From positions 1 through 52,129 of the forward strand of contig JBGAIN010000038.1 of NCBI GenBank assembly GCA_044225505.1: a DNA stretch of 52,129 bases, in the 5' to 3' direction. Position numbers and translations under genes: made by a program. Shown one piece after another: positions 29,569-39,492 of the stretch (position 1 is the first letter of the stretch; each line of letters begins with the position of its first letter). Origin of the DNA: Limisphaerales bacterium. Lineage in GTDB: Bacteria > Verrucomicrobiota > Verrucomicrobiia > Limisphaerales > SIBE01. Under the pieces are notes generated by a model that was not told the origin of the DNA, did no database searches, and worked only from the letters and a program-made list of their open reading frames with translations.

Positions 29569-30912
29569 TCAAATGGCCAATGGTTCAAACAGATCGTCCA
29601 CTTTGCCGTTGCTGTCGGCAAACGCATCGAGGTGCACCCCGACCTTGTCCAGAAGGGTTAGGTGCAGGTTGGCCAGGGGCACGGGATTGGCATAGCGAAG
29701 ATGGCGCCCGCCTTTCAATCCGGTCGCTCGACCACCGGCCACCAGGATGGGCAGGTTGGTATGGTCATGAATGTTCGGATTCCCAATGCCGCTGCCGTAA
29801 AGATAGAGCGAATGGTCCAGCAATGTGCCACTGCCTTCCGGCGTCGCTTTCAACTTACCGAGGAATTCGGCGAACAGCGAAACGTGGAATTGGTTGATCT
29901 TTGACATACGCTCGATCTTGGCGGGGTCGTTGCCGTGATGCGACAGAGGATGATGCGGGTCGGGAACGCCAATCTCCGGGTAAGTCCGATTGCTCGTTTC
30001 GCGAGCGAGTTGGAACGTGATTACTCGCGTGACATCGCCTTGGATGGCCAGAAGTTGCAAATCGAACATCAAACGAGCATGGTCCGCATAAGCCGCGGGG
30101 ACCCCGACGGGCCGGTCAAGATCGGGCAAAGGATTGTCCTTCGTTTCCACCTCAGCCTTTTGGATGCGCCGCTCCACCTCACGGACCGTCTCAAGGTAGT
30201 GACCGATCCGCGCGCGATCGGAAGGACCGAGTTGGCGTTGCAACCGGTTCAGGTCATCGTTAAAGGCGTCGAGCAGACTGGCGCGTTTGCGCAGGGCGGC
30301 GCGGCGTTCGGCCAGACTCCCTCCTTCTCCGAAGAGACTTTCGAACACGATGCGCGGATGTGCTTCTGCTGGCAGGGGCGTCGTGGGCGATGACCACGAA
30401 AGATTATTTTGATACACACACGCATAGCCGTTATCGCACTGACCCACGACCTGGAGAAAATCCATGGCCAACTCGAGCGACGGCAACTGTGTTTCCTGGC
30501 CCATCCGCTGGGCGGCAATCTGATCCACGGTCGTTCCCAGGTAATAATCCGTGCTTTCCGTCAGTTTCGCTTTGGCCGCGCTCAAAAAGGCCGCGTTCGA
30601 TGTCGCATGGCTTCCCGGATAGGCATTTTGCAGCTCGAGATTTGTGATCGCTGTGACGTGCTCTCGCACTGGAGCAAGCGAACTCAGGATGGGTGACAGC
30701 TCATCCAGGGTATCTCCAGGCAGCGTCCATCGGCTCTGGTCACAGCCCATCGGCATGAAGACAAAGCCCAGCCGACGCACGGGATGAGCGGCCGTTTTCG
30801 AAAGTGGAGTCGCGGCGGGCACCATCGCTTCCAGCAATGGCAACGCCAGAGTGGCCCCGATCCCGCGCAGGAAGGTGCGGCGCGGTATGAACTTCTTGGT
30901 GATAAAACTCAT
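29569..30912 (-). CDS. DUF1552 (HXXSHH) domain protein
   Basis: Tat-like IPRRTFLRG, TTVDQ, SLEL, HHPLSHH, HDHTNLP. Confidence 0.9.
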   Translation of the reverse strand: MSFITKKFIPRRTFLRGIGATLALPLLEAMVPAATPLSKTAAHPVRRLGFVFMPMGCDQSRWTLPGDTLDELSPILSSLAPVREHVTAITNLELQNAYPGSHATSNAAFLSAAKAKLTESTDYYLGTTVDQIAAQRMGQETQLPSLELAMDFLQVVGQCDNGYACVYQNNLSWSSPTTPLPAEAHPRIVFESLFGEGGSLAERRAALRKRASLLDAFNDDLNRLQRQLGPSDRARIGHYLETVREVERRIQKAEVETKDNPLPDLDRPVGVPAAYADHARLMFDLQLLAIQGDVTRVITFQLARETSNRTYPEIGVPDPHHPLSHHGNDPAKIERMSKINQFHVSLFAEFLGKLKATPEGSGTLLDHSLYLYGSGIGNPNIHDHTNLPILVAGGRATGLKGGRHLRYANPVPLANLHLTLLDKVGVHLDAFADSNGKVDDLFEPLAI

Positions 30913-33308
30913 AACGTTTTCCTCAGGGTGAACGGAGTGCTGGCCACGATGCCTTGGACAACCGACGAGAAACGGTAATTAGCTTTCTGCGCGTCGCGAA
31001 CGATCTTCCTGACAGCGGGCCCGTCGGACGGCTCTATGCCTCGTCCTAGCGCAAAGGTGAGCAGTTTCTCAGTGAGTGTTCCCACGAATATATCAGGATG
31101 TTGCTGCAAGGCAGTCTCCAGACCGGCGACGCCGTCAAAGGCGCTGCCGTCGGGCAGCCCGCCCGAAACGTCTATGGGTTGGCCATCCTCAGACGCGCGC
31201 CAACGGCCGATCGCGTCGAAGTTCTCCAAAGTGAATCCGACGGGATCCATCAAGTTATGGCAGCTCGCGCAAGCGGTATTGGCCCGATGGGCAGCTAAAC
31301 GCTGCCGCATCGGCATCGAATCGGAGACGGAGTTTTCCTTAAGCGTCGGGACGTTGGGCGGCGGCGGAGGCGCAGCCAGGCCGAAGAGATTGCCCAGAAC
31401 CCAATTGCCCCGGATAACGGGTGAAGTGCGCGTGGCATAGGACGTCACCGTGAGAATGCTCCCTTGCCGGAGCAGTCCGCCGCGGTGGCTCGCCGGATCC
31501 AAAGCGACACGGCGGAATTGGCTGCCGTAGATGTGGGGCACTCCGTAGTGCTTCGCGAGCCGTTCGTTGAGAAACGTGCCATCGGCGCGCAGCAGATCGA
31601 GCACGCTGCGATCTTCGCGCAACAGAGTCGCGAAGTGGAGTTCTGTCTCGCGGCGGAAGGCCTGGCGCAAGTTGTCATCGAAATCGGGAAAGAGCCGTAG
31701 GTCAGGAGTGAAAGACTCGAGGTTGCGCAGGTGAAGCCATTGGCCGGCAAAGTTACTGGCGAAATTCGCGGCGCGCGGATCGGTCAGCATTCGACGCACT
31801 TGTCCTTCTAAAATGCCCGCTCGATGGAGTTGACCCGACTCCGCTGCGGCGAGCAATTCGTCGTCGGGAATGCTACTCCAAAGAAAGAACGAGATCCGCG
31901 AAGCCAACTCGAGATCGGTCAGCGGATAGACACGTCCAGACACGGAATCAAGCGGGTCACGCTCAATTCGGAAGAGAAACTCGGGATGGACGAGGATTGC
32001 ATTAAGGGCGGCTTCGATCCCTGCCTCGAACCCATGTTCCCTATGCGCGCGACGATAGAACTGCAACGGCTTTTCCAAGTCATCGCGCGTGAGGGGGCGA
32101 CGATAAGCTCGACGCGCCAGAGTCGAAACGATCTTTTCGGCGCAGGCCCCTTCATCTTCCGGCGTCGAGGGCTGACGCAGGAAGATTCGGCGGCGGCTTG
32201 GCGTCTCGCCGGGACTCACGGAATCGTAGGGCCCGTTGATGGAAACCTGGTAAATGGCCGGCGTCAGGCGCGGATGCCGATGCATGTTGTAATGGGCCTG
32301 GTACGGCGCGCGCCGCGTCTCCAGCAAAGAGGAGGGCATTTTCAAGAACGTAATGCCGAGCCCATGCGGACCTGCTTTTACCGGGACCCGAACGTTTAAG
32401 TGCGAATCGACTTTAGCAAAGTTCCGATCTCCTTTCGGCGGTGTGACCGTCCATCTCTTGATTTCGGTGTGATCCAGGACCACAGCTAGTTCGTGCGATT
32501 CGCGCAGGCCTTCCACTTCTTCATTACGATCGCGAGTCAGGCGAATTTGGATCTCATATTCGCCATCCCGCGGGAATGTGGGATGTAAAAGGGTTCCTCC
32601 GCGTGTGCCTAATGGCAGGCCTTCGACATGCTCTTCTTGAGTAAGGTCAGGTGGAAGTCGATAGGTTTCGCCTCCTGGCTGGCGAGTGGGAGTGCCAACA
32701 GCTAGGCGGCTGATCTTCTCGGCCGCCGCGATGTAACGGTTCAAGAGTGTTGGTGAGAGTTCGCCAACCGTCACATTGTCGAACCCGTGACTCGCATCGT
32801 CCTTGGGCAACAGCGCGGTCGCGTCGATGTCGAGTGCCAGCAGGTCGCGAATCGCATTTTGATACTCGGTGCGGTTGAGCCTGCGAAATGTCTCGGTCCG
32901 TCCAGGATTCGGTTGCACGGCTGCGGCTGCATCCAAGCGCGAAGTCAGCTCCTGGATCAGATTTTCATAAACTTCTGCGGAGGGCCGGTCCTGGCCGATC
33001 GGGGGCATTTGGCGCACGCGCAGCTTGCGGAGCACACGTTCCCACGTGTCTGGATACTGAGTAAGATCAGCTTGCAAGCGCGCCTCGAGATCGAGACCGC
33101 CTTTCTGGACATCCGCGTCATGACACTCGATGCAGTATCGGTCCAGGGCCGAATTTATCAGCGTGGGCCAGGTGGCGGCGGCCGATTGAGGGCCGGTCAA
33201 GGCAGTCACCGTTGTGGAAAGGATGATCGTGGAGAAAAGAAAACGAAACACGGCAAAAGGGGGCGACGCCAAAGCGCGCGCTTGACCGTTGGGAACTGGT
33301 CTTTTCAC
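30909..33308 (-). CDS. DUF1587/1595/1592/1588/1585 protein with c-type heme motifs
   Basis: CIECH and CASCH; RRLNRTEYQNAIRDLL, ELASRISFFLWSSIPD, TSPVIRGNWV, PPPPP. Confidence 0.9.
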   Translation of the reverse strand: MKRPVPNGQARALASPPFAVFRFLFSTIILSTTVTALTGPQSAAATWPTLINSALDRYCIECHDADVQKGGLDLEARLQADLTQYPDTWERVLRKLRVRQMPPIGQDRPSAEVYENLIQELTSRLDAAAAVQPNPGRTETFRRLNRTEYQNAIRDLLALDIDATALLPKDDASHGFDNVTVGELSPTLLNRYIAAAEKISRLAVGTPTRQPGGETYRLPPDLTQEEHVEGLPLGTRGGTLLHPTFPRDGEYEIQIRLTRDRNEEVEGLRESHELAVVLDHTEIKRWTVTPPKGDRNFAKVDSHLNVRVPVKAGPHGLGITFLKMPSSLLETRRAPYQAHYNMHRHPRLTPAIYQVSINGPYDSVSPGETPSRRRIFLRQPSTPEDEGACAEKIVSTLARRAYRRPLTRDDLEKPLQFYRRAHREHGFEAGIEAALNAILVHPEFLFRIERDPLDSVSGRVYPLTDLELASRISFFLWSSIPDDELLAAAESGQLHRAGILEGQVRRMLTDPRAANFASNFAGQWLHLRNLESFTPDLRLFPDFDDNLRQAFRRETELHFATLLREDRSVLDLLRADGTFLNERLAKHYGVPHIYGSQFRRVALDPASHRGGLLRQGSILTVTSYATRTSPVIRGNWVLGNLFGLAAPPPPPNVPTLKENSVSDSMPMRQRLAAHRANTACASCHNLMDPVGFTLENFDAIGRWRASEDGQPIDVSGGLPDGSAFDGVAGLETALQQHPDIFVGTLTEKLLTFALGRGIEPSDGPAVRKIVRDAQKANYRFSSVVQGIVASTPFTLRKTL

Positions 33309-33396
33309 CTTGATTTAAGCATGGCTCGGCAGGCGAATCGGGACAAGCAGAAATCGGAGCGCGGTCCTGGTTGTCGATGAGCCGCAGAATGCGGTG

Positions 33397-34266
33397 TCAA
33401 AAATGGCGTCGAAGAAATTGCTTCACCATCGTGAGGCGTTCTTCGTCATAGAACATCGGTCCGCCATGCGCGGCGCCATGGACGAACTCCAATTCGACCG
33501 GTGCCTTAACTTTCCGGTAAGCTCCATACAGTTCCAACGCTTGGTTAACGGGCATTTGGGGATCCTGGTCTCCGTGGAGCAACAGCAACGGCGGGTCGCT
33601 CTTGTCCACGTGGAAGACCGGACTTGCGAGGCGGGCCAACTGCGGCACGTCGTCGGGTTGCCCGCCCAAGAGCAGCGCCAGCGCAGGCACGCGCATGCTC
33701 AGGCCGTGCGGTGTGGATTGCTTGAGAATGGTCGTGAGATTCGCGCCTCCATAAAAGCTCAGGATGCCCTGTACGACGGAGCTTTGCGCACGATCCTCGC
33801 CTAGATCCCCTTCTAGGTCCGGGTCGCCGTTGGAAACGCCAACCAACGCTGCCAGGTGTCCTCCTGCCGAGTCGCCCGCGATCACGATCTTTGCCGTGGG
33901 TAAATGCCATTCGGACCCATGTCGGCGCAGGAACCGAATAGCGGCTTTTATGTCGTGAATTTGCGCGGGAAACCTCGCTTGGGTGGAAAGTCGATAGTCG
34001 ACGCTTGCCAGGGCGTATCCTTCCGTCACGAGCTGGCCGAGTGGCATGTCATTCTTGGATCCAGCCCGCCACGCACCTCCGTGAACCCAAATAATCAAGG
34101 GTGCGTGGGGCGTGCCCTCGGGCAAGTTCAGATCGAAGCTCAGAGTGATTCCGTCGACTTTCGCGTAGGGAATGTCGCGAAGCACGGATGGACGCGACGG
34201 CTCTGCGGCGGGGTTCCATGGCGAGCAGAGGATTGTGAGCACCGAAAAAAGGAGAAATCGTTCCAT
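33397..34266 (-). CDS. Secreted alpha/beta hydrolase (esterase, HSL/BD-FAE-like)
   Basis: HGGAW, GDSAGG nucleophile, HGDQD, HG. Confidence 0.9.
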   Translation of the reverse strand: MERFLLFSVLTILCSPWNPAAEPSRPSVLRDIPYAKVDGITLSFDLNLPEGTPHAPLIIWVHGGAWRAGSKNDMPLGQLVTEGYALASVDYRLSTQARFPAQIHDIKAAIRFLRRHGSEWHLPTAKIVIAGDSAGGHLAALVGVSNGDPDLEGDLGEDRAQSSVVQGILSFYGGANLTTILKQSTPHGLSMRVPALALLLGGQPDDVPQLARLASPVFHVDKSDPPLLLLHGDQDPQMPVNQALELYGAYRKVKAPVELEFVHGAAHGGPMFYDEERLTMVKQFLRRHF

Positions 34267-34441
34267 GGGCTGGCGTTTTGTTGAATGCGGATAGTCATCC
34301 TTCGATTTCGGCGAAAGTCAATCGCTGGCCGTCCTGAGCGGTGCGCCATTGGGTCATGGGACGGAGTGCGCCTTAGGGTCGAATCAGGAAGTCTGTCGGC
34401 TCCGGCACAGATTAACGAAATCCCACGACGGGTCGGACGTC

Positions 34442-34622
34442 CGCCTGCTCGCGAGTGGAATCAGTGCCCTGGCCGGATTGAACGGCGGTAATATTTCCAT
34501 TCTGGCGAATCAATTCTTTCAATCGCAAACGATCATTGACGCTTCCGCTCCGTTCGGGCTGCCTGGCACCGTCCAGGACAGGACGCCGGAACTCGACTTG
34601 AGTGCGGCCCTTCCCGGGTTTA
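34442..34622 (+). pseudogene. Fragment resembling the C-terminal part of filamentous-haemagglutinin-family exoproteins
   Basis: SGISALAGLNGGNISILANQFFQSQTIIDASAPFGLPGTVQDRTPELDLS resembles the S.I.A....GGNI.I......I.AS..FG..GTV....P..D pattern recalled for that family. Confidence 0.45.
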
Positions 34623-34677
34623 GTGATACGAACGCCCCAGCGATGCTCAATGGACCATCTGGGGCTAAACGGACCGC

Positions 34678-36045
34678 TTACTTGGCCTTAATGTCGTAAC
34701 AGTAGAGCGTCTCCTGGTCACGGATATAGAGCTTACCGTTGGCCAGGACAGGGTGAGTCCACGCAGGCTGCTTGGTGCGGTCTGGTTGATCGAATCGCCC
34801 GCGCTCGAGATACTCCTTGCGGCTTGGTTCAATAAGCAGAAGGGTGCCCTCTTCAGTGCGGTAGTAAATGCGACCGTCCGCAAGGGCGACCGATCCCTTT
34901 TTCACTCGGCGTTTGTCAGCATCACGCTCATTCCACAAGACATCTCCAGTTTTGAAGTCGAGGCAAACCAGGTATCCTCCACCATTGCCGCCATTCGAGC
35001 CGTAAAGGGCGCCATCAATCAACAGCATGCCGCCATGATGATTCTCCATGTTCTTGGAGAACCACACTTCGTCTGCTTTGACACCGCCGTTTCCGTCCGG
35101 GCTCAGCTTCACCAACCCACCGCCGGCGCCATAAGCTGAGGCGGCAAAGACCATGCCATCGTGGTAGAGCGGCGTGGAACAATTAATGGTGGCTTTGTTG
35201 GCTGGTCGGTCGTACCGCCAGAGTAATTTCCCGTCGGACGCTGCAACGCCTACCAACGCCTTGGATGTGAACTGAACATACTGGCGTTGTCCTGCAGCGT
35301 TGATCGCGATGGCGGAGGAGTAGGAAGCTCCAGAATCCCTAAAGCCGGGACGACCGCCACCGCCGCGTCCTCCTGCTGCACCCTCGGAATTGCCTGCGGA
35401 CGGATCGGGCACCTCGGTCTTCCAGATTGTCTCGCCAGTTAATTTGTTTAGAGCGACCAGAGTCACGTCTTTGCCACCGGGCGTGCACACGACTTTCTCG
35501 CCGTCCACTAGCGGTGATTCGTTGTATCGCCAGGTCGGGATGCGTCCGCCAAAATCGTTCGTGAGGCTGCGTCGCCAGAGGAATGTCCCGTCTTTAGCCT
35601 GCAAACATGCCAGGTCGCCGCTCAATCCAAGGACGTAAAGCCGATCTCCATCGACTGTGGGAGTGCACCCCGCGCCTTCCTTGCCTTGGGGCATTCCTTC
35701 GGTTAGAGCCGATCCCAGGCGGGTCGCCCAGATCTCCTTGCCGTCTGTCTCGGACAACGACCAGATGACCTCGTCGCCGCCGCGATTGCTCATCCCGTAA
35801 ATGCGCCCGCGCGCGACTGATGGCGCGCTATAGCCGCTGCCGAGTTCGTTGGCCTTCCAAGCAACTGGAGGCCCATCTTTCGGCCATTCCTTAAGTAGAC
35901 CCGTTTCCTTTGAGACGGCGGTCCGATCGGGTCCCTGCCATTGCGCCCAGTCATACTCTCCGCCGACGCCCGTGGCGGTCGATAGAACCAGTGCCAGACA
36001 TGGAGCCACCCACCGCAACGAGCTTAACATTTCTCTCTTTTTCAT
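34678..36045 (-). CDS. PQQ-binding-like beta-propeller protein (BamB-like, PVC-expanded)
   Basis: Signal peptide; [44 protein letters not shown]. Confidence 0.88.
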   Translation of the reverse strand: MKKREMLSSLRWVAPCLALVLSTATGVGGEYDWAQWQGPDRTAVSKETGLLKEWPKDGPPVAWKANELGSGYSAPSVARGRIYGMSNRGGDEVIWSLSETDGKEIWATRLGSALTEGMPQGKEGAGCTPTVDGDRLYVLGLSGDLACLQAKDGTFLWRRSLTNDFGGRIPTWRYNESPLVDGEKVVCTPGGKDVTLVALNKLTGETIWKTEVPDPSAGNSEGAAGGRGGGGRPGFRDSGASYSSAIAINAAGQRQYVQFTSKALVGVAASDGKLLWRYDRPANKATINCSTPLYHDGMVFAASAYGAGGGLVKLSPDGNGGVKADEVWFSKNMENHHGGMLLIDGALYGSNGGNGGGYLVCLDFKTGDVLWNERDADKRRVKKGSVALADGRIYYRTEEGTLLLIEPSRKEYLERGRFDQPDRTKQPAWTHPVLANGKLYIRDQETLYCYDIKAK

Positions 36046-36137
36046 AGGCTGGGAGTGCACCTTAGCATCAAGGAGCCTTTTCGTCGCCGGGAAACTGCAG
36101 GAGCGATCCTGGGTTTGGGGAACGGGTCCGGCGGAGC

Positions 36138-36542
36138 CTATTCCCTCGGGTCCGACTCAACCCTCGTCGGCTTGGGCTGAAGAACTGAAGGCTTTCGGAG
36201 CCAACCGTCGAGCAAGTGACCCAAGGTTAGACAGGGGTGTTCCCACAACATGCGTGGACCCGCGTAGCGCATGACCGCCTTGATCTGATCGCGGCGATCT
36301 CGTTGATAACAGTGGACTGGGCACTTGGCACAGGTCGGCTTCTCGTCGCCAAAGCGGCAGCGGTCAAGTCGGAGACGGACGTAGTCCATCAAGCTTTGGC
36401 ATTCTGGGCACAGAGCTCCCTGGTGCTGGTCGCGACAGTAGATCCGAAGCATCGCTGAAACGGTCTTCCATTCACGCGCCAGGTGCGCATGGCGGAAAGG
36501 CGAAACCGCCATTGCGGCGATGGGTTGGTGATTCGAACTCAT
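36138..36542 (-). CDS. ygbA: Nitrous-oxide-stimulated promoter family protein (YgbA-like)
   Basis: REWKTV..M..IYC..H..LCPEC..L..Y...[18 protein letters not shown]...[12 protein letters not shown]. Confidence 0.85.
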   Translation of the reverse strand: MSSNHQPIAAMAVSPFRHAHLAREWKTVSAMLRIYCRDQHQGALCPECQSLMDYVRLRLDRCRFGDEKPTCAKCPVHCYQRDRRDQIKAVMRYAGPRMLWEHPCLTLGHLLDGWLRKPSVLQPKPTRVESDPRE

Positions 36543-36667
36543 GGGGGCGTTTCTCGCGTTCTGGCCTGTCGCCCGTATCTGGAAACCCGAGCAACCCTAG
36601 GCAATGATCCGCGTGATTGTATTAAACGTTTCTTCTTGAACCCGTTATCTGGCAATGGTTGTGCGCG

Positions 36668-39010
36668 TTACAGGGGGGCAGCGGCCTTTGGCGCATTGGA
36701 AGCCAGGGCTTGTTCCTCTTCGCTCTCGTCCGCAAAAGACCACCCCGTCTTGAGTCCTAGGATGAACCAGCCGATGCCGACGGCTCCGAAAGCAAACACC
36801 ACGTCGCCGATAATCCTCAACCAGCGAAGCTTGTCCATCAGCGGAGTTTGGAGGAAGTCGGCGGAACGGGCAAACCACATCCCATGCTCGACACTCGCCC
36901 AAGTTTGCAGCAGTCCGACAGGGAGCAAGCTCAGAATTACCATTAGTCCCAAGCCGATGTTCAGAGACCAGAAGCTAAAGGAAAGGGCCCCAACTTTCCA
37001 GTGCTCGTGCCGCGTTAATCCGCGAAGGCAGAAAAGCATCAATCCAATCCCCAGCATTCCGTAAACGCCAAAGAGGGCGGCGTGTCCGTGAACCGGAGTT
37101 GTGTTCAGCCCCTGCATGAAATACAGGGCGATGGGCGGATTGATCAGAAAACCGAAGAGTCCAGCGCCCACCAGGTTCCAGAAAGCGACCGCTACGAAAA
37201 AAAGAATCGGCCAACGATACACCACGACCCAGGGACGAGCCCGGCTCAACGTCAGGTTCTCGTAAGCTTCAAAACCGATCAAGACCAACGGAACAATCTC
37301 CAAGGCACTGAACGTGGCTCCAAGAGCCAAGACCGACGTGGGTGTCCCGCTGAAGTAGAGGTGGTGCATAGTTCCTAAAATTCCCCCCGCGAGGAAGATC
37401 GCGGTCGAGAAGATGACGGAAGAGGTCGCGCTGGCGACTTTGAGCAATCCCATGCGCGTGAAAAGAAAGGCGATGACAACTGTGGCGAAGACTTCAAAGA
37501 AACCTTCCACCCAAAGGTGTACTACCCACCAGCGCCAGTACTCAGCCATCGCGAGGTGCGTTTGTCGCCCCCACATGAGTCCGGCGCCGTAGAACAGTCC
37601 AATAGCTGCCGAGGCGATGACGAATAGTGCTAAGAGGTGTCGATTCGGTCCCGGGTTCTTAATTGCCGGCCATAGCGCGCGTCCCATCAGGAAGAGCCAG
37701 ACGAACAAACCGATAAAGAGGAAAATTTGCCAGAATCGGCCCAGATCCACGTATTCGTAGCCTTGATGTCCAAACCAGAAATTCGAGACGAATCCCAGCT
37801 TCTGTTGTACGCCTAACCATTCTCCAGCGAGCGAACCAACAACGATCGTCAGCAAACAGACGAACAGAAAGTTAATGCCAAAGCATTGTCCTTTCGGCTC
37901 GTAACCCGAAACAGCCGGCGCCACGAACAAGCCGGTGGCAAGCCAAGCGGTGGCGATCCAAAAGATTCCAAGTTGCGTGTGCCAGGTGCGAGCCACCGAA
38001 TAAGGAAGCCACTTGTCCAAGGGAATTCCAAAAAAGCCGTCCCCTTCTACTCCGTAGTGTGCGGTAATCGCGCCTAAGCTGACTTGGACGACAATCAATG
38101 CTGCGACCACCCAGAAATACTTGAGTGTCGCTTTCATTGAAGGCGTGGCTTTGAGCGCCAGGAGTGGATCTTGTTCGGGAATGTCATTCGATATTTCGTC
38201 TTCCGTTTGATGCCTTTGCACAGCCGAAAACCAAACTAAGGCTCCAACTCCCGCCAAAAGGACAGCGACACTGACGATCGACCAGACGATGATAGAGCCA
38301 GTTGGGCGATTCTCGATGAGCGGCTCGGGCGGCCAATTCTGCGTGTAAGTCACCGAACTGCCCGGGCGCTCGGTGCCACAAGCCCAGGCAGCCCAAAAGA
38401 AGAAGGCGTTCATTAACTGCCGCCGCTCCGGCGTTTTAATGGTGTTCGCTGGGATCGCATAGCTCTTCCGCAATCCGCGCAACCTGGGAGCGTCTCCAAA
38501 TAATCCCGCGTAATGCTCACTCACTTCCCGGAACGCTGCGGCTCGAAGCGCGGACACGACTAGATCTCCGCTCGCAGCATTGTAGGTATTGGTTCGCAAC
38601 TCCTTCTTTAACCGCTCGCGCAATGCGCCCTGCTGCTCGCTGGGAAGTTTGGCGTAGCTTTGACTACCTAATTCGGCGGCCCATTGATCGAGCAGCCAGA
38701 CAGATTCTCGATGCAGCCAGTCGGCCGACCAGTCTGGCGCGACATACGCTCCATGCCCCCAAATGCTCCCCAGTTGCTGTCCGCCGATCGATTGCCAAAC
38801 GTTTTGTCCGTCTTTGATTTGTTGGCCGGTGAATAACACCTGACCTTCCGCCGTGACGACCCGCTTGGGCACAGGCGGCGCTTTGCGATAAATTTCACTG
38901 CCAAAATAGCTCAAAACCAGAAACGAAAGACCGATGACGGCGGTCAGGATCAACCAGAGCCGGCGATAGGACGTGGTGGGAGGTTTTGAGGGGAGTTGCT
39001 TCGATTGCAT
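36668..39010 (-). CDS. norZ: Quinol-dependent nitric oxide reductase (qNor)
   Basis: GSIWGHGAYVAPDWSADWLHRE, RTWHTQ, VHLWVEGFFEVF, GTMHHLYF, HGHAALFGVYG, WLRIIGD; 780 aa single subunit. Confidence 0.93.
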   Translation of the reverse strand: MQSKQLPSKPPTTSYRRLWLILTAVIGLSFLVLSYFGSEIYRKAPPVPKRVVTAEGQVLFTGQQIKDGQNVWQSIGGQQLGSIWGHGAYVAPDWSADWLHRESVWLLDQWAAELGSQSYAKLPSEQQGALRERLKKELRTNTYNAASGDLVVSALRAAAFREVSEHYAGLFGDAPRLRGLRKSYAIPANTIKTPERRQLMNAFFFWAAWACGTERPGSSVTYTQNWPPEPLIENRPTGSIIVWSIVSVAVLLAGVGALVWFSAVQRHQTEDEISNDIPEQDPLLALKATPSMKATLKYFWVVAALIVVQVSLGAITAHYGVEGDGFFGIPLDKWLPYSVARTWHTQLGIFWIATAWLATGLFVAPAVSGYEPKGQCFGINFLFVCLLTIVVGSLAGEWLGVQQKLGFVSNFWFGHQGYEYVDLGRFWQIFLFIGLFVWLFLMGRALWPAIKNPGPNRHLLALFVIASAAIGLFYGAGLMWGRQTHLAMAEYWRWWVVHLWVEGFFEVFATVVIAFLFTRMGLLKVASATSSVIFSTAIFLAGGILGTMHHLYFSGTPTSVLALGATFSALEIVPLVLIGFEAYENLTLSRARPWVVVYRWPILFFVAVAFWNLVGAGLFGFLINPPIALYFMQGLNTTPVHGHAALFGVYGMLGIGLMLFCLRGLTRHEHWKVGALSFSFWSLNIGLGLMVILSLLPVGLLQTWASVEHGMWFARSADFLQTPLMDKLRWLRIIGDVVFAFGAVGIGWFILGLKTGWSFADESEEEQALASNAPKAAAPL

Positions 39011-39044
39011 AAGATTAGGGATCCGATTGTAGAAGTCAGGGGTT

Positions 39045-39485
39045 TCACACGGCGGCCGATTTCCGGGCGCGGTACTTTCCTCGTCTTCGATTTACGAAGA
39101 TTGAGAGTCGGGTTTCTTTCATGTAACTGCGGTTGGATTCGATCAAGGTCTGAATGGTATCGTGCAGAGGGCAAGGGGCACCGTTGCCGCACCAGCCGTG
39201 GCCAAACGGGCACACCGTCGGGGGCTCCGTGAGCTCAAACAGGCTGGCGATGTCCAAGAGCGAGATCTCGGCCGGGGCTTTCGCTAGTTTGTAGCCTCCT
39301 CCTGGTCCCGGTTGCCCTGTGACCAGCTGCGCTGAAGCAAGCTGCGTTAGCAATTTTGCGGTGAGTGCTTGCGAGATTCCTCGAGCGTCTGCGATCTCTT
39401 TGGATCCGGCCCGCTGTCCGGGGTCAGCAGCGAGGTAACTCATCACCGCAACCGCGTTGGCAGCCGTTTGTCCGTAGGCGAACAT
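39045..39485 (-). CDS. Rrf2-family transcriptional regulator (Fe-S type)
   Basis: wHTH with GPGGGYKLAK.P.EISLLDI; C-X6-C-X5-C-X2-H cluster motif. Confidence 0.9.
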   Translation of the reverse strand: MFAYGQTAANAVAVMSYLAADPGQRAGSKEIADARGISQALTAKLLTQLASAQLVTGQPGPGGGYKLAKAPAEISLLDIASLFELTEPPTVCPFGHGWCGNGAPCPLHDTIQTLIESNRSYMKETRLSIFVNRRRGKYRARKSAAV

Positions 39486-39492
39486 AGGAAGC

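Noticed and set aside
36618..36642. Second Rrf2 operator upstream of ygbA (minus strand TCAAGAAGAAACGTTTAAT)
   Set aside because: Only one half-site matches and the spacing differs from the ric site.
36668..39010. Nitric oxide dismutase (Nod)
   Set aside because: Retains canonical HLWVEGFFE and HH FeB ligands typical of qNor.
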